Positions 1-8,151 of a DNA stretch of 64,000 bases are shown here, one piece after another (the stretch's first letter is position 1; each line of letters starts with the position of its first letter). The notes under the pieces are model-generated. The model was not told where the DNA came from. It worked only from the letters and a program-made list of their open reading frames with translations, and did not search any database. This DNA comes from an uncultured Chromatiales bacterium (GTDB lineage Bacteria; Bacteroidota; Ignavibacteria; SZUA-365; CAYQST01). The stretch is from assembly GCA_964420295.1 (NCBI GenBank), contig CAYQST010000004.1, positions 100,804 through 164,803 of the forward strand. The letters are read 5' to 3'. A program made the translations under genes and the position numbers.

Positions 1-1096
1 TCTGTAAATGGAGTCCGGTGTAAGCAAGACCGCCACTTCACCGGTTCGAAGATCGAGACGTGTGGCAGCAGTGACGGAATCCCAGCGAAATGGGAGTGAG
101 GGGGGTACCGTCATCGGAGATCCTTTGTACAGATACGACCCAACCACACGTGTTGCATCCATCCCCTGATCCCCGAATTGTGGATATCTCTTCGCGATAT
201 CAATAGGTGTAGACCAGCGATCCAAGGCGGGAAGGTAGTACAGCAATACGGGTTTCTGTTGAATCATGAGCGCAGTGTCACCAGAAGCTCTTCTCATGAG
301 GATGTAATACGAAAGCATCCCGGTGATGGCGACGCTATCTGGCCCGGAAAACCACGCTCCCGTCAGCTGGATGGGCTTGGCATACCTTTCGGCTGGAGAT
401 CCGGAAATGGAATGTTCGCCCTCATGAAGTACGGATGAAAAGTGGCTTTCCGTTAGCATGGGAGACCGAGTGATTTCATTTCGCTGGACGTCTACAATAT
501 GAATCCCCATCATTTCAGGGTCCGCGAGTGCGAAGAGGGAATCTCCCTGTGCGTTTCCGAACACGGTGCTTGTGACAGGGAGATCTCGATTTTCCCTGAT
601 GGTATCAGTGCGGAGATGGATGAAGCGAGACTTGTGAGTTCTCCCTCTCATCTGGATACAAGCGGCATGAATGATCGCAAAGTCCGAAGTATCGGAATGC
701 AAGTCACCTCGCGCACAGATGGAATCACGCTCGTCCGTTAACACCCAACCTGAAAAAAACGGCCGGGAAAGAAACTGCGACGCCGTCTCCTCATCGATCG
801 TGATCGACGAAGAGGACGTATCCGCATTGATGAGCTGCGCATTGCGTGGCAAACGTCGGTACACATCGACAAGGAAACAGCGAATCCCATAGCGGGCCCG
901 TACCTGAGCCGCGATGCCATCCGCAATCACCTTGCATCGTGCACAATGACTGACGTGAGATGCAAGGATGAGAGCGGGTTGCCCGTCCTGTCCCTTGAGA
1001 CGGAGCAACGTGGAGATTACCGACTCCGATTGTGACCATAGCGTCGATGGGAGTGAGAAAATGAGGGTAATGAGCCCCACATGAAAGTAATTCATT
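1..1096 (-). CDS. secreted hypothetical protein, 3' end truncated by window edge (contains HCARC CxxC motif)
   Basis: Hand translation of minus strand from ATG (complement of 1094-1096): MNYFHVGLITLIFSLPSTLWSQ... signal peptide, uninterrupted ORF to position 1 (not in ORF track because no stop in window); SHVSHCARC motif suggests thiol-disulfide chemistry. Confidence 0.45.
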
Positions 1097-1185
1097 CTCG
1101 TCACCAAGAGAGGAACCAATTATGAGATGCCACCCCAACCCGAAGTATCGTGCTGAATTGGGATGGCATCCATCGTAAAAGAAAA

Positions 1186-1590
1186 TCAGTCAAGGTATTC
1201 GAGGTAATACTCATGAACCGTATGACCTTCATCGTCTTCATATGACGAGTTTAATGTGGGTCCATTAATACAGATCGAAAGTTTGATTCTTCCTACACCG
1301 TGATTTCCCGGGTCGACAACAACTTTCCCATTCCCATCAGCTTCGATGCATGTAATGGTCGGATTGTGCTCACACCCAACAAAGAGTGATTTCCCCTCAG
1401 ACGTCACACCGATGGACACATACGTCGCACGACCCGCGACAACGATCGCAATTGGCGCGAGGTTTGACTGCATGTCGTGATGCAAGATGACAGCTGGGAT
1501 GAGTTCGATCGGTGACGTTGCATACAACGTCGGACTGAATTGCCCTATAAGAAGGAATAGGGCGATGACAATTGGCAGAGTCCTCATCAT
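1186..1590 (-). CDS. small secreted hypothetical protein
   Basis: ORF 1186..1623(-); internal start MMRTLPIVIALFLLIGQFSPTLYA is a signal peptide; no recognisable family. Confidence 0.35.
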   Translation of the reverse strand: MMRTLPIVIALFLLIGQFSPTLYATSPIELIPAVILHHDMQSNLAPIAIVVAGRATYVSIGVTSEGKSLFVGCEHNPTITCIEADGNGKVVVDPGNHGVGRIKLSICINGPTLNSSYEDDEGHTVHEYYLEYLD

Positions 1591-1671
1591 AGCACCTGGA
1601 AATGTGAATAATGACGACGCCAATTTGATAAAAAAAAAAAGAATAAATACAAGTCATTATTCTAGTACCAT

Positions 1672-2940
1672 CTACCACCCCGCCTCCACTACCAGTCCGA
1701 TCTGGTGGATGTGATAGTCGTGATACTCATTGTTGCTTTCGTTGCGCCAATAGGTGTAGGTGCCGCCGACGGACAAATGGAAGCCGCGCCCAGCGGGAAG
1801 GATCGGATACATCACCTGTGCGGAGACACTCCAGCGACGATCCTTCCGCTTCGGATCTCCCGGAAGGGTGAGGCCGTCCATATCGGTGGCGACGCGGGGA
1901 TAGCGCTTCCAATAGGCGAGAGCCGACACCGTGGCGGTGAGGGGACCGAAGAGGGGACCAGTCGCTGTGAGGTCGAGTTCATCGGATTCATATCCATAGC
2001 GATCGTCGAACACGTCGTCCTCGTTGCCGTAATCCAAATCCTCGCGATCGAGATAGCGCGCCTTCGATTCGGGATTGATCCGCTTCGTCCAGGCCAGACT
2101 CCCCGTCCAGGATCCGCCGGGTTGAAGCGACAGTCCCGCGACGAGCGAGAGCTGCTGCGTGGCAGGGGCCTCCCAGGTGGTGATCACTTCCTGCCAGTAC
2201 ACACGCCGCCCTTCCCGTACTTCCACCCAGGTGGTGTCGGTTTTGGATTCCGTGTATTCCTTGTACCCAAACATTCCTCCGGCAAACACCTCCACGGGCT
2301 CCGCCACCCGGGCGCTCAGCACCAGTCCCCCGTTGAACTCCCAATGCGTGAACAGATTCAGAAACGGATACGCCTTGTATTCCGCGTCCGCCACGAGCCG
2401 CGCCATCACGGGACCCGCGACGTGCCGACGAAGGGTCGCTCCCACGCCCCCCATCCGATAATCATAGAACATCCATCGGCTCCGATCGTACCGCGCGCCC
2501 ACATAGGGCTTCACCACCAGATAGGTAAGAAGACTGTCCGCCGCGATTCCCGCATCCCTCTTCACCCCTTCACTCTTTACTCCTTCACGCTCCTCTTCTT
2601 CCTCATCCTCATCCTCGTGTTCTTCCTCGTCCTCCTTCCCGTCCAGCTGCATCTGCAAGAAAGCGCCCGCCAGATGCTGATGATAGGTGCGGTCGGCCAC
2701 CCGTTGGAATTGCACCCAGGCCCCGTAGTAGAAGAGCTGCGTGAAGCTGTAGTCCGTTTCGATGTCGTAGGACAGGGATCCGAAGATCTGATGATACACA
2801 TCGGGCTTCTTGACACGATAGGCGAAGGAATTGTCGTCGTACACACTCAGAGTCTGCACTCCTCCCGCCCATTGCGCGTGAAGAGGTGAGCACAGGAGCA
2901 GGATCATCACGGACCAACGAGGAATGAAGGACAGGCGCAT
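1672..2940 (-). CDS. outer-membrane beta-barrel protein (putative EPS export porin) with acidic low-complexity insert
   Basis: Start MRLSFIPRWSVMILLLCSPLHAQ (signal peptide) overlaps GT stop by 1 nt (TAATG); alternating amphipathic strands, C-terminal ...VVEAGW aromatic terminus typical of OMP barrels; DGKEDEEEHEDEDEEEEERE acidic run. Confidence 0.6.
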   Translation of the reverse strand: MRLSFIPRWSVMILLLCSPLHAQWAGGVQTLSVYDDNSFAYRVKKPDVYHQIFGSLSYDIETDYSFTQLFYYGAWVQFQRVADRTYHQHLAGAFLQMQLDGKEDEEEHEDEDEEEEEREGVKSEGVKRDAGIAADSLLTYLVVKPYVGARYDRSRWMFYDYRMGGVGATLRRHVAGPVMARLVADAEYKAYPFLNLFTHWEFNGGLVLSARVAEPVEVFAGGMFGYKEYTESKTDTTWVEVREGRRVYWQEVITTWEAPATQQLSLVAGLSLQPGGSWTGSLAWTKRINPESKARYLDREDLDYGNEDDVFDDRYGYESDELDLTATGPLFGPLTATVSALAYWKRYPRVATDMDGLTLPGDPKRKDRRWSVSAQVMYPILPAGRGFHLSVGGTYTYWRNESNNEYHDYHIHQIGLVVEAGW

Positions 2941-4217
2941 TATTGCGGACTCCCGTGCGTAGGGGTGAAGCGAACCGTTTTGGCCCAGGTCTGTTTTTCC
3001 TTCTTGATGTTGTCCAGCCAGAATGCGCGGGCCACTACGAAGATCCAAAGCTGACAATAGGTGAGGTACATCAGGGCAATAAGCGCGAGAGCGGAGAAGG
3101 AGTCCTCGCGATCGTAGGAGAGCGCGAGAAAGATCTCCGCGAAGAATAAGAGAATGGCAAACACCCAGACAAGAGTGTAGGGACCGGGCAGCGCGATGGA
3201 TACGAGGTTCATCGCGGAGACGAGGAAGAGCAGGTCGCTGATGAGGATGGCAACAAAGAAAATGTAATACAGAGCCAAACTGTAGGCCACTTCGAATCGA
3301 AGCTTGAAGCCGGGGATCTGCTTCATCATGCGGAAGAACTTGCGTGAGACATAGTTATTTCCCCGTACCCAACGGGTGCGCTGTTTCAGCCACACCGCCC
3401 AGGTCTCCGGCTCCTGTTCCCACGTCACCGCGTAGGGAATGGTTTTGATCTTCCAGCCATGAATGTACATGCGGATGCTAAACTCCGAATCCTCGGTGAT
3501 CGCCTCCTCATCCCAGCCTCCCAGATCCGCGATGATGGATTTGCGGATCACATAATTCGTCCCCGGCAGGGTGGCGATGCTCAGCAGCTTCCAGCGTCCC
3601 GCCTGAAGGATGGATTGAAAACTCAGGGTCTCGATGTTGATGAAGCGGGTCAGCAGGGTCCGCCGCTTGTTGATCGTACGGAACTTACCCAGCACCGCGC
3701 CCAGCTCCGGATGCAGCAGAAGCTGCGCCACGAGATAACGCAGGGCTGCGGGCTCGGGGGTGTTGTCCGCATCGTAGATCGCCAGAATCTCGTGACGGGC
3801 GATGCCGATGCCAAGATTGAGGGCGCGGGACTTCCCCTTCCCGCCCTGTCCCGCAGGCACATCGTACAGGATCACGCGGGGATCCCGGGCGGCCCGCTCG
3901 AGAATGATCTCGCGGGTGCGATCGGTGCTGCCGTCGTTGATGACGATGATCTCGAGCCGATCGTGGGGATAGTCCAGCGCACACATCGCGTCGATGGTGT
4001 CGCCAATCACCACATCCTCGTTATGCGCGGGAATGAGAATCGATACGGGTGGAAAATCAAGATCCATGCCATCCACCGCTCGTTGTTCCTTCCGCGAGGA
4101 TTGATAATGGAAAAATCCCGCCACCGTGAGGATGAGCTGCCAGCCGATCATGAACCAGATGAGGATGACGGCGATGACGAAGAGAATGCTGAGATCGAGT
4201 TCAAGAAACGGGGACAC
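2940..4217 (-). CDS. family-2 processive beta-glycosyltransferase (PgaC/IcaA/cellulose-synthase-like polysaccharide synthase)
   Basis: ILIPAHNED..., YDADN (DxD), TEDSEF, QRTRWVRG (QxxRW) motifs plus N- and C-terminal TM helices; start uncertain (GTG at 4217 preceded by GGAGG; ORF-track ATG at 4307 would overlap upstream gene by 107 nt; ATG at 4151 also possible). Confidence 0.85.
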   Translation of the reverse strand: MSPFLELDLSILFVIAVILIWFMIGWQLILTVAGFFHYQSSRKEQRAVDGMDLDFPPVSILIPAHNEDVVIGDTIDAMCALDYPHDRLEIIVINDGSTDRTREIILERAARDPRVILYDVPAGQGGKGKSRALNLGIGIARHEILAIYDADNTPEPAALRYLVAQLLLHPELGAVLGKFRTINKRRTLLTRFINIETLSFQSILQAGRWKLLSIATLPGTNYVIRKSIIADLGGWDEEAITEDSEFSIRMYIHGWKIKTIPYAVTWEQEPETWAVWLKQRTRWVRGNNYVSRKFFRMMKQIPGFKLRFEVAYSLALYYIFFVAILISDLLFLVSAMNLVSIALPGPYTLVWVFAILLFFAEIFLALSYDREDSFSALALIALMYLTYCQLWIFVVARAFWLDNIKKEKQTWAKTVRFTPTHGSPQ

Positions 4218-7200
4218 GGGAGCCTCCACTCGCACGAAGAGCCGGGCGACGCTGAATGCGAATGATGATATAAAACACCAGGAGCGCGATGCAGGCCAGG
4301 AGGCCAAAAAGCACGATGGCGGTGGAAGACCAGAGACTGGTCAGGTTGATGCCGTACCAGACGGCGCCCTGGGTCACCAAATGAACATGATGCCGACCGG
4401 GAGGCAACATCAGACTGTATCGCCCCGAGCCCTTCATCGGCACACAGGCCTGCTCCCGTCCATCAATATACAGGGCTTCGGGCCGCTTGTTCAGCGTGAT
4501 CAGACAGCGCGTGTCGCTCTCGTAGCCGAAGTCCACACTCCGCACGCTGCCACGCTCATACAGCAGATTGCCGCTGATCGACAACAGGGTGGCGCGCAGC
4601 TCATCGGCGGAAAACACGCCGCTGATGTCGGGATGGGTGTTGATGGTGTGGGATCCCGCCGGAATCAGAAAACGCCCGTCCCCGGCGGACATGAAAATCT
4701 CCCCATCCACCGTCACGGCGCGATGATCACTGTCGAGCGTGAGCGTGAAGGACGTGGGCGAGGACACGGACATGCGGGTACCGGAGCGGGTGACCTGCAC
4801 GGGACTCGCCGACGCATAGCTCATCAGACTCAGGTCCTGGGGATTGATGCTCGATTCCGCATACGTGATCACGCGCGGTGCCACCCGGCTGGTGACGGCC
4901 TGGAGCATGAAGGCCTCGGTGCCGGTCTGTACCAGGGTCGGGAAGAGCGTGGGCTTCTCGGGTGTACGGAAGGAGAGGATGTTGACGTCGAGAGCCAGGT
5001 CCTTGCCCAACAAGGCCGCGTAGCGGGTCGCGATGGACTCGTAGCGGCGGGGATCCTCGCTCCAGCGGGACAGGGGATCTTCGACGTTCAGCACAAAGGG
5101 ACGAAGAGCACGCAACGAGAGAACCGCTTCGATGTCAATACCGTGATTGCGGCGCAGTTCGGGACTGTGCAGGTTGTCCAACGCCGTCACGACAAGATCG
5201 AAACCGGGGCGCTTCTTCGAGAAGGGCAACAGCATACGCAGAAGGCGTTCATGCATGTGCGTCATGAACTCGACGCGGTAGTCCTCAAATTTCTTCCATG
5301 CCGCGACATCCCGCTTCCAGAAGAGGGGTGAGGAGGGATCGAGCAGGGACACAGGATCAAAGCCAGCCCTCCGCTTCATATCCGCCCGAGCGGACGGGTG
5401 CATGGGCGTGAGGAGGTTCGGTTCGTCGGGCCCTCCCACGCCGCTTTCGAAGTAGACTTCTCCGATATTCACTCCATCGAAGTCGTGCTTCTCGAACAGG
5501 TCGCGGTACTTGTCCACCATCGCGTTCACGCAGGCCGGATCCGTCATCGCCATGGGGTAGCGCCACGAGGGACGCACGTCCTGCCCGAGTCTGTTCTTCT
5601 CCCTCCATTCCGGATGCTCGATCCAGAATTTTTGGGACACCTGTGGCGGCTCGATCCACCCATACACGAGGATGCCATTGGCATGGCAGAGCTCGATCAG
5701 CTTGTCGTAGTCGTAGGTGTACTTGGGATACTCGTGCCAGGTGGCCACGTGGATGGCGCGAATGCCCACCGAGGTCCACATCTTCACCAAGTCCTCGACA
5801 CTGATGGTATTGCGATATCCAGGATCGAAGTACAGTTCGAGATTGTCTCGTCGAACGACGGGAAACACCTTGAAGTACTTGGTCATGTAATGCGCGAGAT
5901 AGGGAAAGCGACTGTATCCGGCGTCGGAGACGGGATCGAAGCGGCAGCCGAAGTAGAGAATCTTTCCCTTCTCGAAGGTACGCCCCACCACCACGGGGGC
6001 GCCAGATTCTTCGTCCGTGGCAAAGATCTCGTCGTCGTCCTGGGCCTCGAATTTGATGAGGGGTTCAGGAATCCGCCAGGCGATCATTTCATCTGGAAAG
6101 AGACGATCCCGCAGTCGGGACACCGGTGTCGTGGTGCCGGTCGAGACGACGCCGAATTCCTTCGAAAGTTCCGTCTTCGCGTCGAGAATGCAGTTCCCGC
6201 CGTTTCGCACCCATTCCACCAGACGACTCATCATCAGATCATTCATCACTTCGACAGAGCCATACGGAGCGACGATCAGGTTGTAGGAGCCGCAGGAAAA
6301 AGAGGAGCGGGCGGGCAGGGTATCCACCGGAATGTTTAGCCAGCGGAAGGCATTCAAAAAGCTGCGTTGATCCAGCATCGCTCCCCCGTGGGCCTTTTCG
6401 TCCCAGAGCAGCCCTACCCGGGCCTCGGCGCGGAGGGTTCGCTTCTCCGTCATCGACGAAAAGGCCGTGGAGATATCCTTCCACAAATTCTCGAAGAAAC
6501 CGGTGGAGTGCTCGCGCAGCTCCGTGGGCTGGGCCACATACAGACTTCCGTCGGAAAGCTGCACCTTTCGCGTGATGCTCCCTCGAATGCGCTCGGGGAG
6601 GATCTGCGTGTGTCCCACACTTCCGTCTCGCTGAATCCAGGATTCCTGAAGAAACTGATCCGCGAGGGAAAGGGTGACCTCTCCCTTGCCCGTTACGATC
6701 GCGCGGTTCGGGAGTCTCACGATGTTGATATCGTTCTTCACATCCACATAGGTGAAGCCCCGCTCCTTGATGCCGCGCACCAGTCGTTTCAGGTTCTCCA
6801 GCGGCACGAAGGAATGATAGAAGCAGCTCGCCCATCCGTCGCGGGTCTGCACCACCGTGCTCGCATATTTCAGGATGTTGGTCACCTGATCGACGGAGAT
6901 CTGGGGATCGTCGGGATCGAAGGGAATGTAGCCGAGGTTTTCGGGATAGATCTTCTGTCCGAAATTGTCGCGGTAAATGAGGTACGGGAAATACTGACTG
7001 TAATCGGCGTTGTCGATGGCCAGGCGCTGTTCCATCGCGGTGGAGAAGATCGAGGCCGCCGCAGCATAGGCGGTTTGCGAGCCCGTGTAGTGCGGGGTCT
7101 CCCAGAGCACGGGATAGATGCCGTTCCGCATGCACTCCTCCACGCCGGCCAGAATTTTGTCGCGATCTCCGCCCAGGGTTTCCTCCTTGATCGGTCCGCT

Positions 7201-8151
7201 TCGACTCACATCCCAAAATTCAAAGTCCGCCGCCGTCACGCCCTTGTATTGATGGGTGCTGCCATGCATGGCCACCGTCCCGCCTTTGCTCACCATGTAA
7301 TGAATGGCATCGACCAGATCCGGCTTGTCCGACAGACTGATACGCTCGTTCCGTGTGGGATCGACATAGAAAGGAATGAGGGTGATGATGAAGGGCACGC
7401 CTTCGTCATACAGCACGTCGGCCACATCACGCAGACGATCGGGGTCCTCGAGGGGATGCACGTCCTCGATGCGAAGGAGAGCCTTGTGCGACACGGGATG
7501 GTATTCTCCCAGCACGTCGTGCAGCAGATCCGCGAAGAGCAGGTAGCGATCGCTTTCTGTCGCATAGGCAAAGGGATTGTCGGCCACGTACCAGAAGTTA
7601 CCTGAGCGCAGAACATAGGGCGAGGAAGCGCGCTTTGCCTGGGCCGTGGCGATCACCGCGCATCGGGAGGGATCGGTCACCTTCATCAGCACGAGGTTGG
7701 TCTCTTCCTTCGTGAATACCGCCGAACCTCGTCGAACGGTGTTCCAAGCCGTCACGGTGTCGATACTCAGGGGCAACATCCCGAGCCGGGCGCCCATGGG
7801 AAAGGAGCGCGCCAGGGGCTGAATACCCGTGTACATCCAGAGCAGCGTGGCAGTGCGCTTTCCGACATCCGCCATCAAAGCGGCGGGTGGCTGGAAGTGC
7901 AGGGAATGGCCAATGACACAGGCGACATCGAACTTCTCCATCTGTCCCGCTCGATACTCTTCCGCAGACAGCACCGTGACCGTCGTGCGAAAATGTCCCA
8001 GCAGGGCGGCCATTTGCCGACCGTCACCCCGTGCGGGACTCAGCGCCTGCGGCTTTCCCTCATACACCACCAGCACAGAGCGTGTGGGCTGGGACCAGGC
8101 TGAGCCGATCACCAGCAGAAATAAAAGCGGGAGAGAACGAATCCCGGTCAT
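4201..8151 (-). CDS. secreted multidomain polysaccharide-modifying enzyme: DUF2334/NodB-like deacetylase + GATase1-like + TIM-barrel glycoside-hydrolase-like (GHL) domains, C-terminal TM anchor
   Basis: Signal peptide MTGIRSLPLLFLLVIGSAWSQ; HGSTHQYKG..FEFWD deacetylase-like block; LIVAPYGSVEVMNDLM...NGGNCILD GATase1-like; IRAIHVATWHEYPKY...GILVYGWIEPP..FWIEHPEW GHL TIM-barrel block; C-terminal hydrophobic helix IVLFGLLACIALLVFYIII followed by RRP..; ATGA overlap with upstream gene. Confidence 0.7.
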   Translation of the reverse strand: MTGIRSLPLLFLLVIGSAWSQPTRSVLVVYEGKPQALSPARGDGRQMAALLGHFRTTVTVLSAEEYRAGQMEKFDVACVIGHSLHFQPPAALMADVGKRTATLLWMYTGIQPLARSFPMGARLGMLPLSIDTVTAWNTVRRGSAVFTKEETNLVLMKVTDPSRCAVIATAQAKRASSPYVLRSGNFWYVADNPFAYATESDRYLLFADLLHDVLGEYHPVSHKALLRIEDVHPLEDPDRLRDVADVLYDEGVPFIITLIPFYVDPTRNERISLSDKPDLVDAIHYMVSKGGTVAMHGSTHQYKGVTAADFEFWDVSRSGPIKEETLGGDRDKILAGVEECMRNGIYPVLWETPHYTGSQTAYAAAASIFSTAMEQRLAIDNADYSQYFPYLIYRDNFGQKIYPENLGYIPFDPDDPQISVDQVTNILKYASTVVQTRDGWASCFYHSFVPLENLKRLVRGIKERGFTYVDVKNDINIVRLPNRAIVTGKGEVTLSLADQFLQESWIQRDGSVGHTQILPERIRGSITRKVQLSDGSLYVAQPTELREHSTGFFENLWKDISTAFSSMTEKRTLRAEARVGLLWDEKAHGGAMLDQRSFLNAFRWLNIPVDTLPARSSFSCGSYNLIVAPYGSVEVMNDLMMSRLVEWVRNGGNCILDAKTELSKEFGVVSTGTTTPVSRLRDRLFPDEMIAWRIPEPLIKFEAQDDDEIFATDEESGAPVVVGRTFEKGKILYFGCRFDPVSDAGYSRFPYLAHYMTKYFKVFPVVRRDNLELYFDPGYRNTISVEDLVKMWTSVGIRAIHVATWHEYPKYTYDYDKLIELCHANGILVYGWIEPPQVSQKFWIEHPEWREKNRLGQDVRPSWRYPMAMTDPACVNAMVDKYRDLFEKHDFDGVNIGEVYFESGVGGPDEPNLLTPMHPSARADMKRRAGFDPVSLLDPSSPLFWKRDVAAWKKFEDYRVEFMTHMHERLLRMLLPFSKKRPGFDLVVTALDNLHSPELRRNHGIDIEAVLSLRALRPFVLNVEDPLSRWSEDPRRYESIATRYAALLGKDLALDVNILSFRTPEKPTLFPTLVQTGTEAFMLQAVTSRVAPRVITYAESSINPQDLSLMSYASASPVQVTRSGTRMSVSSPTSFTLTLDSDHRAVTVDGEIFMSAGDGRFLIPAGSHTINTHPDISGVFSADELRATLLSISGNLLYERGSVRSVDFGYESDTRCLITLNKRPEALYIDGREQACVPMKGSGRYSLMLPPGRHHVHLVTQGAVWYGINLTSLWSSTAIVLFGLLACIALLVFYIIIRIQRRPALRASGGSRVPVS

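Noticed and set aside
1705-2889. 394-aa plus-strand ORF antisense to the beta-barrel gene
   Set aside because: Arg/Gly/His/Pro-rich composition typical of antisense frames in GC-rich DNA. The minus-strand gene has a signal peptide, OMP terminus and operon coupling.
5398-7605. Plus-strand ORFs 5398..6339 and 6367..7605 inside the 1316-aa gene
   Set aside because: Antisense shadow ORFs; the minus-strand frame carries recognisable deacetylase/GHL blocks and runs uninterrupted for 3.9 kb.
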